Source: Monocercomonoides exilis PA203 (lineage: Eukaryota; Protista; Preaxostyla). From it: a stretch of 64,000 nt of DNA. Shown here one piece after another: positions 21,001-34,716 of the stretch. A model generated the notes under the pieces. That model did no database searches, was not told the origin of the DNA, and saw only the letters and a program-made list of their open reading frames with translations. The stretch's first letter is position 1; every line of letters begins with the position of its first letter. The translations under genes were made by a program, and so were the position numbers. The DNA lies in assembly GCA_001643675.2 (NCBI GenBank), contig LSRY02000011.1, positions 1,849,110 through 1,913,109 of the forward strand. The letters run 5' to 3'.

Positions 21001-23454
21001 CCTTCAATTCGTCTGCCTTTGCCATCTTCAAATACTCTTCTCGTGTTCTTTTGCAGACAGCTGTTGTCATCCGCCTTCTTGCCGGAGTGAACTCCAGCTG
21101 CGCCAACACTTCATAATACTCCTCATCCCCTTCCTCCTCTTCTGTCGATGCAAACCTTCCTTTCGCTTCGTCATCACCAATCATTGTGTATTCATCATCT
21201 GCATTCCTTGCATTCTTTCCTCTTATTTTCAGCACGATGAATCTTCCTTCACGCCGATCAAAAGAAATACCAAGTTCTTTGCTGATCTCAACAAGTGCCC
21301 GCTCATCTGGAACTGATGCAATGTGCTCAAACTTCCCATCTTCTCTGCAATCAGCGTTGTTCAATCAATGTGAAATTATCCGTGTTGATAAGGAAATGAT
21401 AGATGTTAATCAAATAACAAACAAAAAGAATGCATTTAGCACACGTCTGAAATGTTTGAATAGAATGGCAAATGGTCAGCGCCTTGAAGAATTCGAGTGT
21501 GTTTGTGTCTTTCTGGCCAATCATGCTCTTCAGCAGCTGGTCTCTCAGAAGAGGCGAGTTTGGCTTCCCTTCCTTTGTGGTCGAGGCAAGTTCTTCGTTC
21601 GATGCATCAACAAGCGTCTTCAGTCCGTATCTTCTCATTCCAATTGCACAGCCTGTAAACATCATCAGGTTCTGTGTAAGAGTTCCTGTTTCATTCGTAT
21701 CAGAAAGGAATGTGTCATTATGTATTCAGACAATTGTGTTGAAGAGAAAAAAGAAAAAAGAAAAATATGAAGCGTTTGTTTGAAACTCCTTTTTCACATT
21801 TAATTGATGCAAGGCATTCATTAAAATTATTTAAATTTTCTATAATTTTTTTTTCTTTCTTCAATCTCTGTATGATGCTGATGCAAAGCAAATATTTCAT
21901 CATACCAGTCTTGTCTGACAGGACGTGTGTAATTTGCCCCATCTCTTCAGCAAGTGCAGTGCTTCTGGCAACAGCACCGCTGCCGAGCGAGTCGTTCCAC
22001 ATTTTCAAGTCCCATCCCACAAACAGCGAAGAAAACAGCTTCACAAAGTCGATCGTTACTTTGAGCGAGATCGGTACAAAAAGAGACATCAGAGTCAGAA
22101 AGCGGAGGAAGAACGCCAACGTTTCGAGGTTGAACGTGCCAGAGAACACGGTGTAGTCGAGGTACCACTCTTTGGTGCCTCTCGTTGCTCTCCAGATGAT
22201 TCCGCCTGCAAATGTGTCAATTGGAATTTTTCATAAAAATTTTTGAAGCGAAAATTTTTCAAATGAATGTAATTTTTAACAATTATAAAGAATTATACTG
22301 AAACTCCAAACCAAATGCAAAAATCAGTACAAAGCATAATTGGACCCCAAAAATGGCAAATGTCATTTTGCTGAATAATTTTTCGAATTGCGTCATTTTC
22401 GTTGGTGGTTTTTCTTTGTTGCAGCTCACCTTTGTTTGGTTGCCTGTGTATATGCATAATCCAATAGCCCACTCCGTATTTCTGAGTGTTGTAGCCTGAG
22501 ATATGAAATGTGTAATATCCAATGGATCTCCTCCATCGCCAAGCTGAGTTCTCAGATCGTTTTCAGCTTCTGGCGTCATCATAAGCATCTTCTTTTTCTC
22601 TTTGTTGTCTCGACTCATGTTTTGTGAGACGTTTGAAATTCCCATTAAAGATGCCCATCTTTGTGGTATCTCAGCAAAAATTCTTCCTTCAAACGTGTGC
22701 AAATTTGCGCTTGGAGGGCCACTCTCAACAAGCAAATGGCTTGTATGAAACCAATTTTCTGGCATTCCTTTCAAAATCTCTGGAACAAATCTGCGTTTAT
22801 AGTCGCTTTCTCCATCTATGTTTGTCGTTTGCACATAAGCAATGTGATTTTTATTTGAGCAGGAAAGAAGAATTGCATCGCAAGGACTTTCTTCATTCTG
22901 GCGAATTCGAATTAAATCTCCAACATAAAGTTTTTCAGATGCCACTTTTTGCCATTCTCCATTTTGAAATGTTTCCACAATTCTTGAGTTGAATTTTGAA
23001 TCGGAGCGCCAACGTTGTAAGTCATCATATAATTCCTTTAATGCACTTAAAGCAAAAATTACAATAATTGGAATCCATGTTGATGCCTAGGAAATGTTTA
23101 ATGAATGGTTAAATAAAAGGAAAAAACATTGAAAATATGTTGTCAGTCCTGAAGCATAAAGATTAAATTTCAAACCCAATTAACAGTGGAAAATATTTTG
23201 AAAACTTGAATAATTCCAATTATAATGAAATAAATGTTCATAAATCGTCTAAATTATAAGCAGAAAAGGCCCATTAATGAAAGTGAGTATTTGACATTAA
23301 TCCGAAAAAATTAAAACTCCTACCCGAATTGTTCGAATAAATTTTTTGGTAAAAACGAATACCAGGTGTATTTTGTGTTCTTTATAGCATTTGCCGGGTA
23401 TCCTTTAAATCTCACATTACTAATAACCAATCTATTTCTTTTGGTGGGCGGCAT
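18100..23454 (-). CDS. P4-type ATPase (phospholipid flippase), multi-exon
   Basis: NAIKNTKYTWYSFLPKNLFEQF, TTNIDGES, VPISLKVTID, phosphorylation motif SDKTG/TLTQN split by an intron, DKLQEGVPETI, WMLTGD, CCRTAPKQK, IGDGGNDVPMIQAAHVGIGI, and C-terminal TM helices. Confidence 0.93.
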
Positions 23455-23562
23455 CAAATTTGTTATTTTGTAAAAATTGATTCTTTTTCAATTTGATCGT
23501 AATCTACCATATTAATTTATTTTTATTATTGAATAAATAACTGTCGGTCTATCCAAATCATT

Positions 23563-24230
23563 ATGTGGATCTCCCTTGTTGTCTTGGCATTTTCTAGTTT
23601 TACTGCAGTAATTTCTGAGGTTCAGCACGATTTAAAAACTGTTAATTTGGTTTTAATTTGTTTTTCTGTTTTTTCTTAGCTTATATCATGGTTTGCTGTG
23701 TACAGAACTCAAGGATTCAAAGATAAAATGACCTATTATCAAAAAGTCAAACGTAGAGTTGATACTATGAAAAAATCAGACAAAGCTCTTTCGTCATCTA
23801 AAAAATCAAATTATCGCGAAAAGCAGATTAACAAAGAAACTGAAGAACTTGATCAGATCGCCCAGTCACTTCAAATGTACAAGGTTTGTACAAATTCATA
23901 ATTTTTATTTTTTAAATTTGTTTGGTATTTGCTAAGATGTTTTCTGGACTCATTCATATGGTTGTGATGTTTATCTTCAATGGAATATTCAATGTGCTTT
24001 TTGAAGGAGTTGTTGTTGCGCATCTTCCATTTGAACCAATCAAGTTTGTTCAATGGCTTTCGCATCGTGGATTGATGGGAGATGATACTACCGAATGCTG
24101 CAACACTTTCCTTTACTTCCTTTCATCTTTCTCAATTCGAGCAAATATCCAACGCATAATGGGACTTTCAGTGGAAATTCCTTCATGGTCGGGCCAAATA
24201 AGAACTCCTACAGTTCCTGGAATGTTGTAA
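23563..24230 (+). CDS. TMCO1: TMCO1 (Oxa1-superfamily ER membrane protein, DUF106), 3 exons
   Basis: TM1 ..AVISE/LISWFAVYRT, a coiled coil, then FEGVVVAHLPFEPI..LSHRGLMGDDTTEC..FLYFL..SIRANIQRIMG. Confidence 0.88.
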
Positions 24231-24518
24231 TCAAATTTTCATAATAATAATTTTTCACTTCGAATTTTATCTCCAGTAATATTCATTGACTTCGGATTAT
24301 TGACAACGAATTTGTACGAAAGTGTCACCAAGTTATTTTTTGAGCTCAACTAACAAATTCAGTTTTTATATTTGAAGAATCACACACACATTCTAATAAA
24401 GCACTACTCTCAGTACTCTTCTATCTCAAAATTTTGTGAAATGTTTTTTTTAAAATGATCAAGAATCAAGCAAGAGAGCAGAACTTTCACGTCTATTTGA
24501 AATAAAAACAAAACAAAA

Positions 24519-26988
24519 CTATTCCATTTTAACAACAAAACGTTGGAGTGGGTCGTCTTCTTCCTTCTTTTTCCTTATTCCTTTTGCCTTCGATCTGAGC
24601 TCGTTCAGTTTCTGTTGCCTTTCCAATCTCACCTGATGAAGCAAGTCAATCTGAATTTTGTGTCATATTTCAAAAACAATTTGAAATCTTCAAAAAATGA
24701 AAAATGATTCACACTTTTCGTTCAGTGATGACATTCTTTTTCTGCTTTTTCAATTTCTTCAGCGATGGTGAAATGTGTTTTTTGGGCTTGTCAGCTTTTG
24801 ACGGATCAAATGCTGGTCCCACTTTCTTCTTAAACTGAAACGATAAAGTTATAAATTGGATGGTTGAAGTTTGCATTGAGGGGAGGGGATGGGATATGGA
24901 AAAAATATTGCAATAATTGAATTAAATTGTTTGAAAGACTAAAACGAAGTTCACACTTCTTTGTTAAGCTGTCTTATGGTTTCCTTCTCTTCATTATGAC
25001 GAGGCATCAATGTTCCAATAGCATTAGGATTGAGTGAAATGGTTTCAGGTTGGAGCTAAAAAGGAAATAAATAAAAAATGTGAGAAAATTGCCAGAAGAG
25101 CATCAAGAATTGTGCCCAAAACAAAAAATGAATATGCAACAATATTCATTTGCATTATGTTGAAAGAATTCAAAATCACTCCAAAAAAGAATGAATGACA
25201 GACTTTATCAATCAGCTGCTTAATTTCTCCTTCTTGCTGCCTCTTCTTTGTTTCATATGGATCGGCTTCAAACGAATCATAATTAGGCTCTCCGCTTCCA
25301 GGAACTGTCATTACAGAAAATTAATAAAAGAAGATGAATTGAGCAAAAAATCAACAAAATGAGGATAATCATGTTGCATTCAATGTTGTTTCAATAAAGA
25401 TAAATAAAAGAAATTTCAGTTCATTTCAGATAGCAAGGTGCAAATGGCAATGATTAGGCAGCATACCAAGCAATGTAGTAACGCCAGCGCCATATCCAAC
25501 AGCAAGCACATCATCGTATGGACAAAATGCAAGTGCCCTGACTCCGCCTTTTGTTGTTCTTGAGCCTTCGGTGCTTGCAAGCGATGCTCTCGAGCCTTTT
25601 CCCACGCCCATCGACTCAACTGAAAAAGTGCCTTTTGTCATTGCAGACGAAGAGAAGGACGACAAAAGTGCTGCAGTCGAATTGCGCGACTGAATGGCAC
25701 TCAGTGTGTGCTGAAGATATGCTCTGCTCGGACGATTCGCCAGGCAATCTTTGTACACCTAAAGTCCATATAAATCAGGAATAATTATTTTTTCTTTAAC
25801 ATAAAAGTTTTCCCATGAAGGATTTTTGCACAAACCAGAGTGGTATCATTTTGCCCCACAGCAACCATTCCTCTCTCAGATATTGCTATGCACGTTGCAG
25901 CTTTTCGAGATGGAAGCCACCATTTGACAATCGGACGAAGCGTTTGTCTGATATCCCACACCTTAACTGTACCTTCTAATCCAATTGTAGCCATTTCCCT
26001 TCCACTTCTCGAGACTGAAACACCACGTACAGGCCCATTCTCCGTCAGCATCGTCATCAATGCCTTTTGTCCACAGGTTGGAGACCAGAAAGATACAACT
26101 CCGTTTGCATGCCCACAGAGCGTAACAGAATTCCAGGGGTTGTGCGTCATGACATCAACTGGACCCATTCCAGTGCGGTGTTCGCTTACCATGTCACCAG
26201 TCGAAACATCTTGATATCGCAAATAGCCAGCATTTCCCTATTTTATCAAAAAAATAATAATAATGTGATAGAGAAATTCAGCAAACAGAATTGATAAAAA
26301 ATAAATAAATGCATACAATTGATGTAAGCAAGAGGTGGTAAGGCAGAAAATCAAGGCAATTAACATCAATATGATCCTTCAAGCACTGAACTTCAATACC
26401 CTGTTTATCGTATAAATAAACGTATTTTCTTTGTGCTACTGCAACCATCTTTTCGTTTTGTAGAAATGATACAGCCTTTACTGTTTGATCTAAATTTATT
26501 TCGAAAAGTGGCTTGTTGTCAAGACGATCGCACAAAAAAAGATGGCCTTTCGTTCCTCCAATAAGCATATATCGACCGTTTCGAGAAAAAGCAACTGAGC
26601 AAAGTCCATATGACGGAAGATTTAAATCAATTTGCTTTCTTGCAGATGCAATTCCAACATGTTCGCGTAATTCACTTTGACGAAACTTATATGTTCTTTC
26701 TGTTGGATCAGCTTTAATATATCCAGAATCCGTTGGAGCAACTGTATTTATTAATTTCCGATCGCGTTCCGTTTGCTAAAATTATTTATAAAATGAATTA
26801 ATTTGCCTGAAAATGAATTATTCACCACATACGAGTTCTGCATGTCTCTCACGTTTAAGTGCTGTCAAAATTCTTTTATCAGTAATTCCCTTTCGTATAG
26901 ATTTCAGTGATTTTTGAGGAGGAGGTGCATCAAGTGCAGTTGGCTTCTTTGCTTTGGAAACCAGCTTTTTCTTTTCACCCCTTTCCAT
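24519..26988 (-). CDS. WDR46: WDR46/UTP7 U3 snoRNP WD40 protein with BING4 C-terminal domain, multi-exon
   Basis: AVAQRKYVYLYDKQGIE..LDFLPYHLLL, YQDVSTG..NPWNSV..GHANGVVSFWSP, FCPYDDVLAVG and VPGSGEPNYDSFEADPYETKK. Start and end were read by hand. Confidence 0.88.
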
Positions 26989-27604
26989 TTTTCTATTATG
27001 GTCATTCAAAATAATTCTTGAACATCACAATATCAGAAATAATTTTAATAAATGCAATTCATTTCTAATTGAAAGCACAAAAAATGATTAATCAGTTATT
27101 TCTTTTTATTTTCGTTTTAAGTTTTCTTTGCTTCCTTAAAAATTTTACAATTGATTTACTTGAAATATAATTTCTCGTGTTTCAATAATTAAAAATGAAA
27201 TAGTTTTTCAACATATAGAAAAGAATCTTTATCAAAACTGCTTGAAATTCGTTTTAAAAAGTGTGAATTTGAAAGTTCTGGAAAAAAGTCTGTCAGAATA
27301 TTTGTTAATATTATTTTATCTCTTTTTCTTCTTGCAACACGTTGTTCTCATAAACTCAATTGTCTAATTCTTTTCCATTTATCAAATGCAAATACAAAAA
27401 TTTCTAATGTAAAATCCAATGTCAAATTCATTTCCTTTTCTTGAAATATCAATTGTCTTTTACAGTTTTGCTTTCAATTGAGTACAGTAACGATTAAGTA
27501 ATATTGGTGAACAATGTAAATCCTTCAAAATAAAACCTCTTTCTATTAAATTGCACACATGTATGCCTCTCTTAAGAGCGATAAGAGCATTTGAAGCGAA
27601 GCAT

Positions 27605-28998
27605 TCAAACGAAATTTAGATGAGCTTCAGAAAAGAAGCATGAATGTGAAACAGCCAACTGTGAGGTATTTGTAGCGGTAGGTGCTTTGGGGAAGAGTGA
27701 TGCAATTGATAATTGTGATTGCTCTTTTTCTTTTTCTTTTAATTCCTCATCATCAGCTTCCCTGAACAGCAGCAAGTGCACGCAAAACGATTGAATGAAG
27801 TTATCGAACGAAAGTGAAATTGCATCAATAAAATAAAAAGCAAGAAAATATATAATAAAAGAACAAAATACAAATATAAATAAATTAACAAGATAAAACC
27901 ATTTCATTTCAACAGCTCCGTGTTGCTTTGCAAAAGTGTGAGCAGTTGCCCAACTGAATCTAACAAAAGACGGGAAGCAAAAGAAAGGATCAAAATTGTC
28001 AAGTAACCATCTTTTTGTAACTGGGTCTCCTGGATATCCCGATCCAACTTCATCTGGATGCACCACACTCTTTTCTCTGAAGCGCCAATTTCGCACACTC
28101 CGATCACGAGTCACCTTAGCGCAGATGGATGCTGCAGACACAATTGGGAACAATGCATCAGCTTTAGAGGTCACAGTAATTGATGGTATTTCAGGGAAGT
28201 GACGCTGGATAAACTCCTTGTACTTCGCTGGTGGGCCAAGCGTGTCCACGTATAACTTTTCAAAGCAATTATTCCAGCAATGAAAAGCAAAATCAAAACA
28301 TCACACATTAAAAAAAGTTAGCATTTACTTATACATTTCCGAAAATTGAAGAAATTTTATAAAAATCGAAGCATTCGTTATCGTTAACAATTAAAATCCA
28401 AATGATATTATAACAACACATCAATAACATAGCAAAAGCGATATTCTCAATTATCACATATCACAAAAACGAAAAATTTTTTTATTATTTAAGACTTAAA
28501 AATACCTCCTCAATCACAGCTCCTCTCATCTTTGCTCCATTTAATATCTTTACAACGCATTCCATCGCAACCTTGTTGAGGCTTTTCTTTTCTTTTTTTA
28601 GCATTTGACTGGAAATATACTCTGGAGATGCTGATTCGGTTTCAAACTCAATCCACGGTGTAGAACGTATTTTCTCAAATAATGAATCTCTTTGAGCCTC
28701 TGTGAGTACCTTTGAATCTAAATTTCAAAAAAAATTATTATTATTCGAATTTAAAGTTGACAGTTTCAAGCCCTTGAATCCCATTTTACTCAATTCGGTT
28801 TTTTTACTCATTGGAGCCCATCCAACTGCATATACCATTGGTCCTTGAAATTTAAATATGTATAAAAATTTATAAATTATAGTATTAAAAGCATAAAAAA
28901 CAATGAAAAATATAATATTTCAATTCATTAAAATAAATCATCATACCAAGTACAGGGCCTCTTCCAGCTTCGTCTATTCCTGCAAAAACTTTCTCCAT
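27605..28998 (-). CDS. RNASEH2A: Ribonuclease H2 catalytic subunit A, multi-exon
   Basis: MEKVFAGIDEAGRGPVLG/PMVY, DSKVLT, VDTLGP, KADALFPIVSAASICAKVTRD, GSGYPGDP and FVRFSW. Confidence 0.95.
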
Positions 28999-29388
28999 TT
29001 TTAGAATTATCAAAATTATTACAATTTGAAATTTGATCGCACCCAGCATATAATAATTGATTGTGTTAATTAAGAAATTTCGAAATTATTTTGACTTTAT
29101 TCTCAAATTCAATGGTACAGTTGTTTGACTGAAATATTTTCTTGTTTGTTCAGAACTTTTCACATATTAATTTCACTTCAGAAATATTTCGTTTTCAGAA
29201 AAAAATATCATCTTCATATTTCAAAATTTTTTCAAATATTGGTGTGAAATTTTTATAAATAGAATTATTCTGATTAACCTTAATAATACTTTTTTGACAG
29301 ATTTCGTGATCTTTTATTTAATTTTGAAATTCGAATTTGAGCGCTTATTTACCCATTAAAGGTGAAATTTGGAGAATATTGCCTAAAT

Positions 29389-31039
29389 ATGATGAAGTTT
29401 GCAATGATTGTGTTGAATATTGTTGTGGCAGAAGAGTTTGAAGAGTTGGATGATGAAAGTGATGAGTTGGTGGAATTTCTCGATGGAATAACTCGAAGAC
29501 GAGACCTTGATCCAGTGGTTCTTGTGCCTGGACTTGCAGGATCTCAATTGGAATATCGAAATCAAACAGGAACAAAGTGGAATACATTATGGCTGAATTT
29601 TGGGCGAACTATACCTGGACTGTGGCATACATACCAAAAAGCGTTGCAAGTTACATATGATCCAGAAACAGAGACTTATTCCTCAAATCCAAATATTGTT
29701 ACCCGACCAGTTGATTATGGAGGATTAAAAGTTTGAATTTCAAATTATCTAATAAATTTTTGTTATTCATTAACTTCAATTTCTCATTTGAATGTTGAAT
29801 GAAAGGGTGTTGATTATTTAGATCCTGTGGTAAAGACGGTCACAAAGATGTATCATCCTCTCATTCAGACTCTGCAAGAGACCGGATACGAAGAAGGAAA
29901 AAATCTTTTTGGTGCACCAGTTTGCACAAATTCAATAGGAACCTTAAATTTCACTTTTTTTGTATTATTTTTAATTTTCTTCAATTTTTATGTACAATCA
30001 ATGAAATCAATTTAGTATGATTGGAGACTTGCAAATGCAAAGCAGGTTATGTCCAATGGGATGTATGCGCAGTTAAAAGATCTCATTGAAAGAGCTTATT
30101 CATTGAACGATGGAAAGAAAGTGCATGTCTTGGGTCATAGCTGTGGTATGGTTACTCTTTTTATTTAATGAATTTTTTATGTTTTATTTATATTTTACAA
30201 AACATTGCAACAAAAATTCTTTTTGTTCATTGAATTAACATGTTATCTCGAACTTATTTCTTGACATTTGATTGTGTTTATATGGTTAATTTTTATTTCA
30301 GGTTGTATTTTTTTAAGGCAATTTCTGAGTGATTACGTGACGAATGAGTGGAAAAAGAAGTACATTGCAAGCTTCATCTCGACAAATGGTCCTTATTCTG
30401 GTTCTGTTGAAGCCTTTGCTCATCTTGCTGCTCCGCGTAAGTGGTCTATTCCGACTTTGTCTGCAAAGCAGGTGCACAAATTAGTTCAGGGTTTTGCAGG
30501 ATTATATTGGATGCTGCCAAATACGAATGCTTTTTCACCTTCTAAAGTTGTTGCAAGAATTCCTGCTACAAATACTGTGATAACTGTAGAGAATATGACG
30601 TCTGCGTTTTCATCGACAGGAAGATGGCTGAAACTGAAGGGAGTGGAGATGACTCAGAAGTACATAAGCCATATGGAGCCTCCTCGTGTGCCTGTGCATA
30701 TTTTTGTGTCGAATGGAAAGAATACTACAAAAGAAGTGGTTTATGACGGGTCATCAAATGAGTGGTGGAAAAAAACTGGTAGAGATGTTATGCAGGACGG
30801 AGATGGCACAGTTCCGATTGAGTCTCTTCTTGGTTTGTTGCTCTTTTTCTGATCACTTGAAAATGTTATCACATTTGTAATGAAATATTTTCTAACTTTT
30901 TATTTCATCAGCCCCCGCAAACTGGAAGACAATGCAAGATGAGTCTGTTCAGCTAACTGTAATTCACAAAGAATCCCATCAAGGCATCCTCAGCTGCAAG
31001 CAATATTTAAATTCTGTGCGTGATATTGTTTCCCGGTAG
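29389..31039 (+). CDS. LCAT / lysosomal phospholipase A2 (PLA2G15)-like alpha/beta hydrolase, multi-exon
   Basis: PVVLVPGLAGSQLE, NLFGAP/YDWRL, nucleophile elbow GHSC/G, WKKKYIASFIS, DGDGTVP and a candidate catalytic His in ESHQGIL. Confidence 0.9.
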
Positions 31040-31458
31040 TTTATATTGTGAATATGTAAATGTTTGATATGTAAAGCGATCTTAATTTTTTTTGTTTTGG
31101 CAGAGCACTACTTGTTAAATTGAATTTGTTATTGTTATTTTTAAATTATGATTTTTATTTATGAAGTACTTTTTTATTTTGATTTTGATTTAGTATTTGA
31201 GGCGCAGTGCTCTGTTTCGGAGAGTTCATTGTTATGTTTTTGAAAAAAAATTTTTTTGTATTTTTTATGTACACAAATTATAAACGAATGGAAACGCATT
31301 TTGTGGAATTACAAAAAAAAGTTGTTTTTTTTTTTAAAAAAAAAAATAAAAAAAGAAAAAAAATATGTTAATTTGCATTGAATGCAATTTCGCCAAATAT
31401 AAAATTCACACAAACTGATAAAAACACAAACATAATATTTTCTTCGATAAAAGATAAT

Positions 31459-32811
31459 TTAACTACAAATTTTCAAACAAATAAGGAGGACCAAGACAAA
31501 AATCAACCATAGATAGTTGTTTGTTTGGTGTTGTTGAGCATTCCTTTCAGCCGCAGGATTTTCACTTGTTTTGCTTTCGTTAGTATGTGGGTTTTCTTTC
31601 TTTTCTTCTTCTTTTCTTTGTTTCACATTTTCTTCTTCCTTCTCTTCTTCTCTTTTCTTTTCTTCTTCTTCTCTATTCAATCTTTCTTCCTCTTCTTTTC
31701 TCTTTCTTTCTTCCTCTTCCTTCCTCAACCTTTCTTCTTCTTCCTTTCTCTTCCTTTCCTCTTCCTCTTTTCTAAGTCGCTCCTCTTCTTCTCTCTTTAT
31801 TCTTTCTTCTTCTTCTTTCCTCTTTCTCTCTTCTTCCTCTTTCTTCTTCCTCTCCTCTTCTTCTTTTCTCAATTTTTCTTCCTCCTCTTCCTTTCTCTTC
31901 CTTTCCTCTTCCTCTTTTCTAATTCGCTCTTCTTCTTCTTTCTTTAGCCTTTCTTCTTCTTCTCTCTTCTTCTCTTCTTCTTCCTTTTTTCTCTTTTCCT
32001 CTTCTTCTATCTTTTTCTTGTTCTCCTCCTCTTCTTCCTTTCTTCTCTTCTCTTCTTCTTCTTTTTCTTTATTATCCGAAGAATTCGGATTGATACCCAA
32101 TTTATCCATTGGTGTACAATTTTCTTTCTTTAGCAGTTCCTCCGCATTGCTCATTTCCTCTTCTGTAAAATCAGCTTCCATTCTTGCTCGATTTATATCT
32201 AATTTATTTGTGATTCGCTCAGGTGAATATTCTCCAATTCTCTGAGCAAGAACTAAAACGCAATCTACAAGCTTCACCGGAAAGACTTCTTCAACCACAT
32301 CACTGGGTATGATCACATAAGGATCCATTTTAAATTTCGCTTTTACAGAATCATTAAAAAATTGAATATTTTCCTAATTAAAAAAAAAAAATAAATATGA
32401 TGAAAGAAAAAGCTAATAACCCTTTTCTGTGCACCATGTTTCGGATTTATGTTATACCTACAAAAAATTCTTTAATAATATATTGAATTCTAACAATCAA
32501 ACTTTGGAATCAGATTTTGATCAATTTTTTGGATTAGTTGGCATAACAACTGACCATCAGCAAGAACAGTCTGTTTTTGATTAAACAACATTTGATATAA
32601 AAATGTATGTATGAAAGCACACAGAAAGGGGTTCTCTTCCAGTCTTTACATCAAGAGCCTCTTCAATAAAAGTTCTTGCAGCTTGTTGCCGAATAAGAAA
32701 TTCCATTGCTTTCATTTTCTTTCTGTTAATTGTCATTCTCCCTATTTATTACGTTCATTTAAAAAAGAAAACCATATCAACGCAAATCATAATAAAACAA
32801 AAACCATCCAT
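31459..32811 (-). CDS. Calponin-homology domain + E/K/R single-alpha-helix repeat + C-terminal transmembrane anchor protein
   Basis: Spliced N-terminus ..VLADGQLLCQLIQKID..ENIQFFNDSV..PSDVVE..KLVDCVLVLA is CH-like, followed by (EEEERKRK)n and terminal YLWLIFVLVLLICLKICS. The start codon is uncertain. Confidence 0.7.
31600..32070 (-). repeat. Coding tandem repeat encoding an EEEER(K/L)RK single alpha helix
   Basis: Pyrimidine-rich tandem repeats on the + strand; the translation repeats a roughly 8-aa unit. Confidence 0.85.
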
Positions 32812-34478
32812 TTTGAGATCCTTTTTGTTCCATAATATTTATATTTTTTTGGATAAAAATTATTTCTTCATTAAAGATATAATATTTCTTAATCGTTAAT
32901 TTTTAATTAAAATTATTGTTATTAAATATATTTCCAAGAAATTAGAGATTAACATGAAAAATATTGTTTTATCATGAAATGTGAAGCTCTATTATTATCA
33001 GTTCGGTTATTATCAAAACTTCGAATAATCGAATTTTTGTGTGCAGCAATAAATTTCGAATGTTTTCTTGTGTTTTTTCATCGGTTGTTATTCCAAATAA
33101 CAGTACAAAATAGTCTGTGATAACTACCTTGCATTCTTCACTTCGTTTGATCATTTAATGAAATTTTTATATCATTCAAGAAAATTTCAAAAATCAAACT
33201 TGATTGTTTTGCTAAATTTTTTTATCAATTCCATATTTCAAAACAAATAAAATTGATTAGTGAAATAAGCATTATTTGGTATATTTTTTTAGAAAAATTC
33301 TTTTCAAAGTTCTTTCAAATAACTAAACATTCTCAAGTTTTTTTCAAAATTCTGTCCCAATTTATGAAAGTTCATTAATATGGAAGTTAAAACATGTTAA
33401 TGTTGTTAAACTCATTCTTGTGAAGTTTCGTGAGTGTGAACATAAATTTCCTCAAAATATGAAAATGCTATATGTTTCGATAATTGAACAAAATGAATAT
33501 CACAAATAATAGATGTCATTTTATTTGATTATATTGATGTGCATTATTTGTATTTTTTTTCCAAAAGATGTTCAAAAAAATTTAAATATTAGTTATAGTC
33601 ACCCTCAGCGAATATTGAGTGACGAGAATCTCAGAAGAATTTGAAAATTGAAGTTATTTTAATTTTTTATTTATGTTTATCTGTGCAATGATAATGAAAA
33701 GTTCATTGTGTTGAAAATAAAATGATAATAAGGAAATAAAAAATTTGTTCAAATATCCGCTCCATTTTTCAATAAATGAAATAAATGAAAGAAAACACTG
33801 AGAAATGTTTAAATATCCATGATAGTTCAACTTTGTGAAAGAAAATTAAAATTTGAAAGAAATGTTTCATTTTCATTTTCAATAGTGATGTTTTCAGATG
33901 AATATCTCAATAAAAAAAATAAAAAAAAAAAAAAACCTTCACAGATAAATGAAAATAAAAACAAAAGAGAGCACTATTTTTAAATATTTTGATATTGGGA
34001 TCACTCGATGATAAAAAGAATGCACAAAACCAATATTTTCCAACAAATTTTTTATTTCTAATAAAAACAAAGATATGCACATTTTGGAAATAAAACGAAA
34101 TTTCACATATAAGAATATCAACTATTTCCATAAAAAATTATGAAAACTGATCTAACATATTTTTGTCTTTTCAATAATATTTCTTTCTTTTTTTTTATTT
34201 TTTTCTATTTTCACTTATCAAATTCGTTTATGTTGAACATGTTTCATAAAAAAGAACTACATAAAAAAAATGACAATATTTATTTACACATACAAATGAT
34301 AAATCAATTTTCACTTTTAATAAATGGGTAATTCTTTTTTTCTATCAAAACATTTATTGGAGAGTGGATTAGGTAATGATCTTTTGTTGTTGGTTAAAAT
34401 TTTTCATTCGAATGAAGAACAAACAACAAAAATTACAAAAGCCTATGAAAAAGAAAAAAACAAAATTATCATATAGCA

Positions 34479-34692
34479 GATCATTTTTGAAGCCATCATT
34501 TTTAATCGAGTTTTGATTAAACTTTTTGTCTCAATGGAGTTTTCAGAGAATATATATTTCCTTAAAAACTTCATCATAAGCCACAGACATCTTATGATGA
34601 AGTTTTTAAGGAAATATATATTCTCTGAAAACTCCATTGAGACAAAAAGTTTAATCAAAACTCGATTAAAAATGATGATATCAAAAATGATC
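34479..34692. repeat. Near-perfect palindrome/hairpin (87-bp perfect arms, 10-nt loop, extending to about 102 bp with a 3-nt mismatch)
   Basis: 34494-34580 is the exact reverse complement of 34591-34677 around the loop CCACAGACAT. GATCATTTTTGA/TCAAAAATGATC extends the stem. Confidence 0.95.
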
Positions 34693-34716
34693 AGTCAAAT
34701 TCTCGATTTTGTGTTA

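Noticed and set aside
31100-31216. 9-10 bp inverted repeat CAGAGCACT/AGTGCTCTG downstream of the lipase gene
   Set aside because: Too short, with a roughly 100-nt unstructured spacer and no snoRNA boxes; could be chance.
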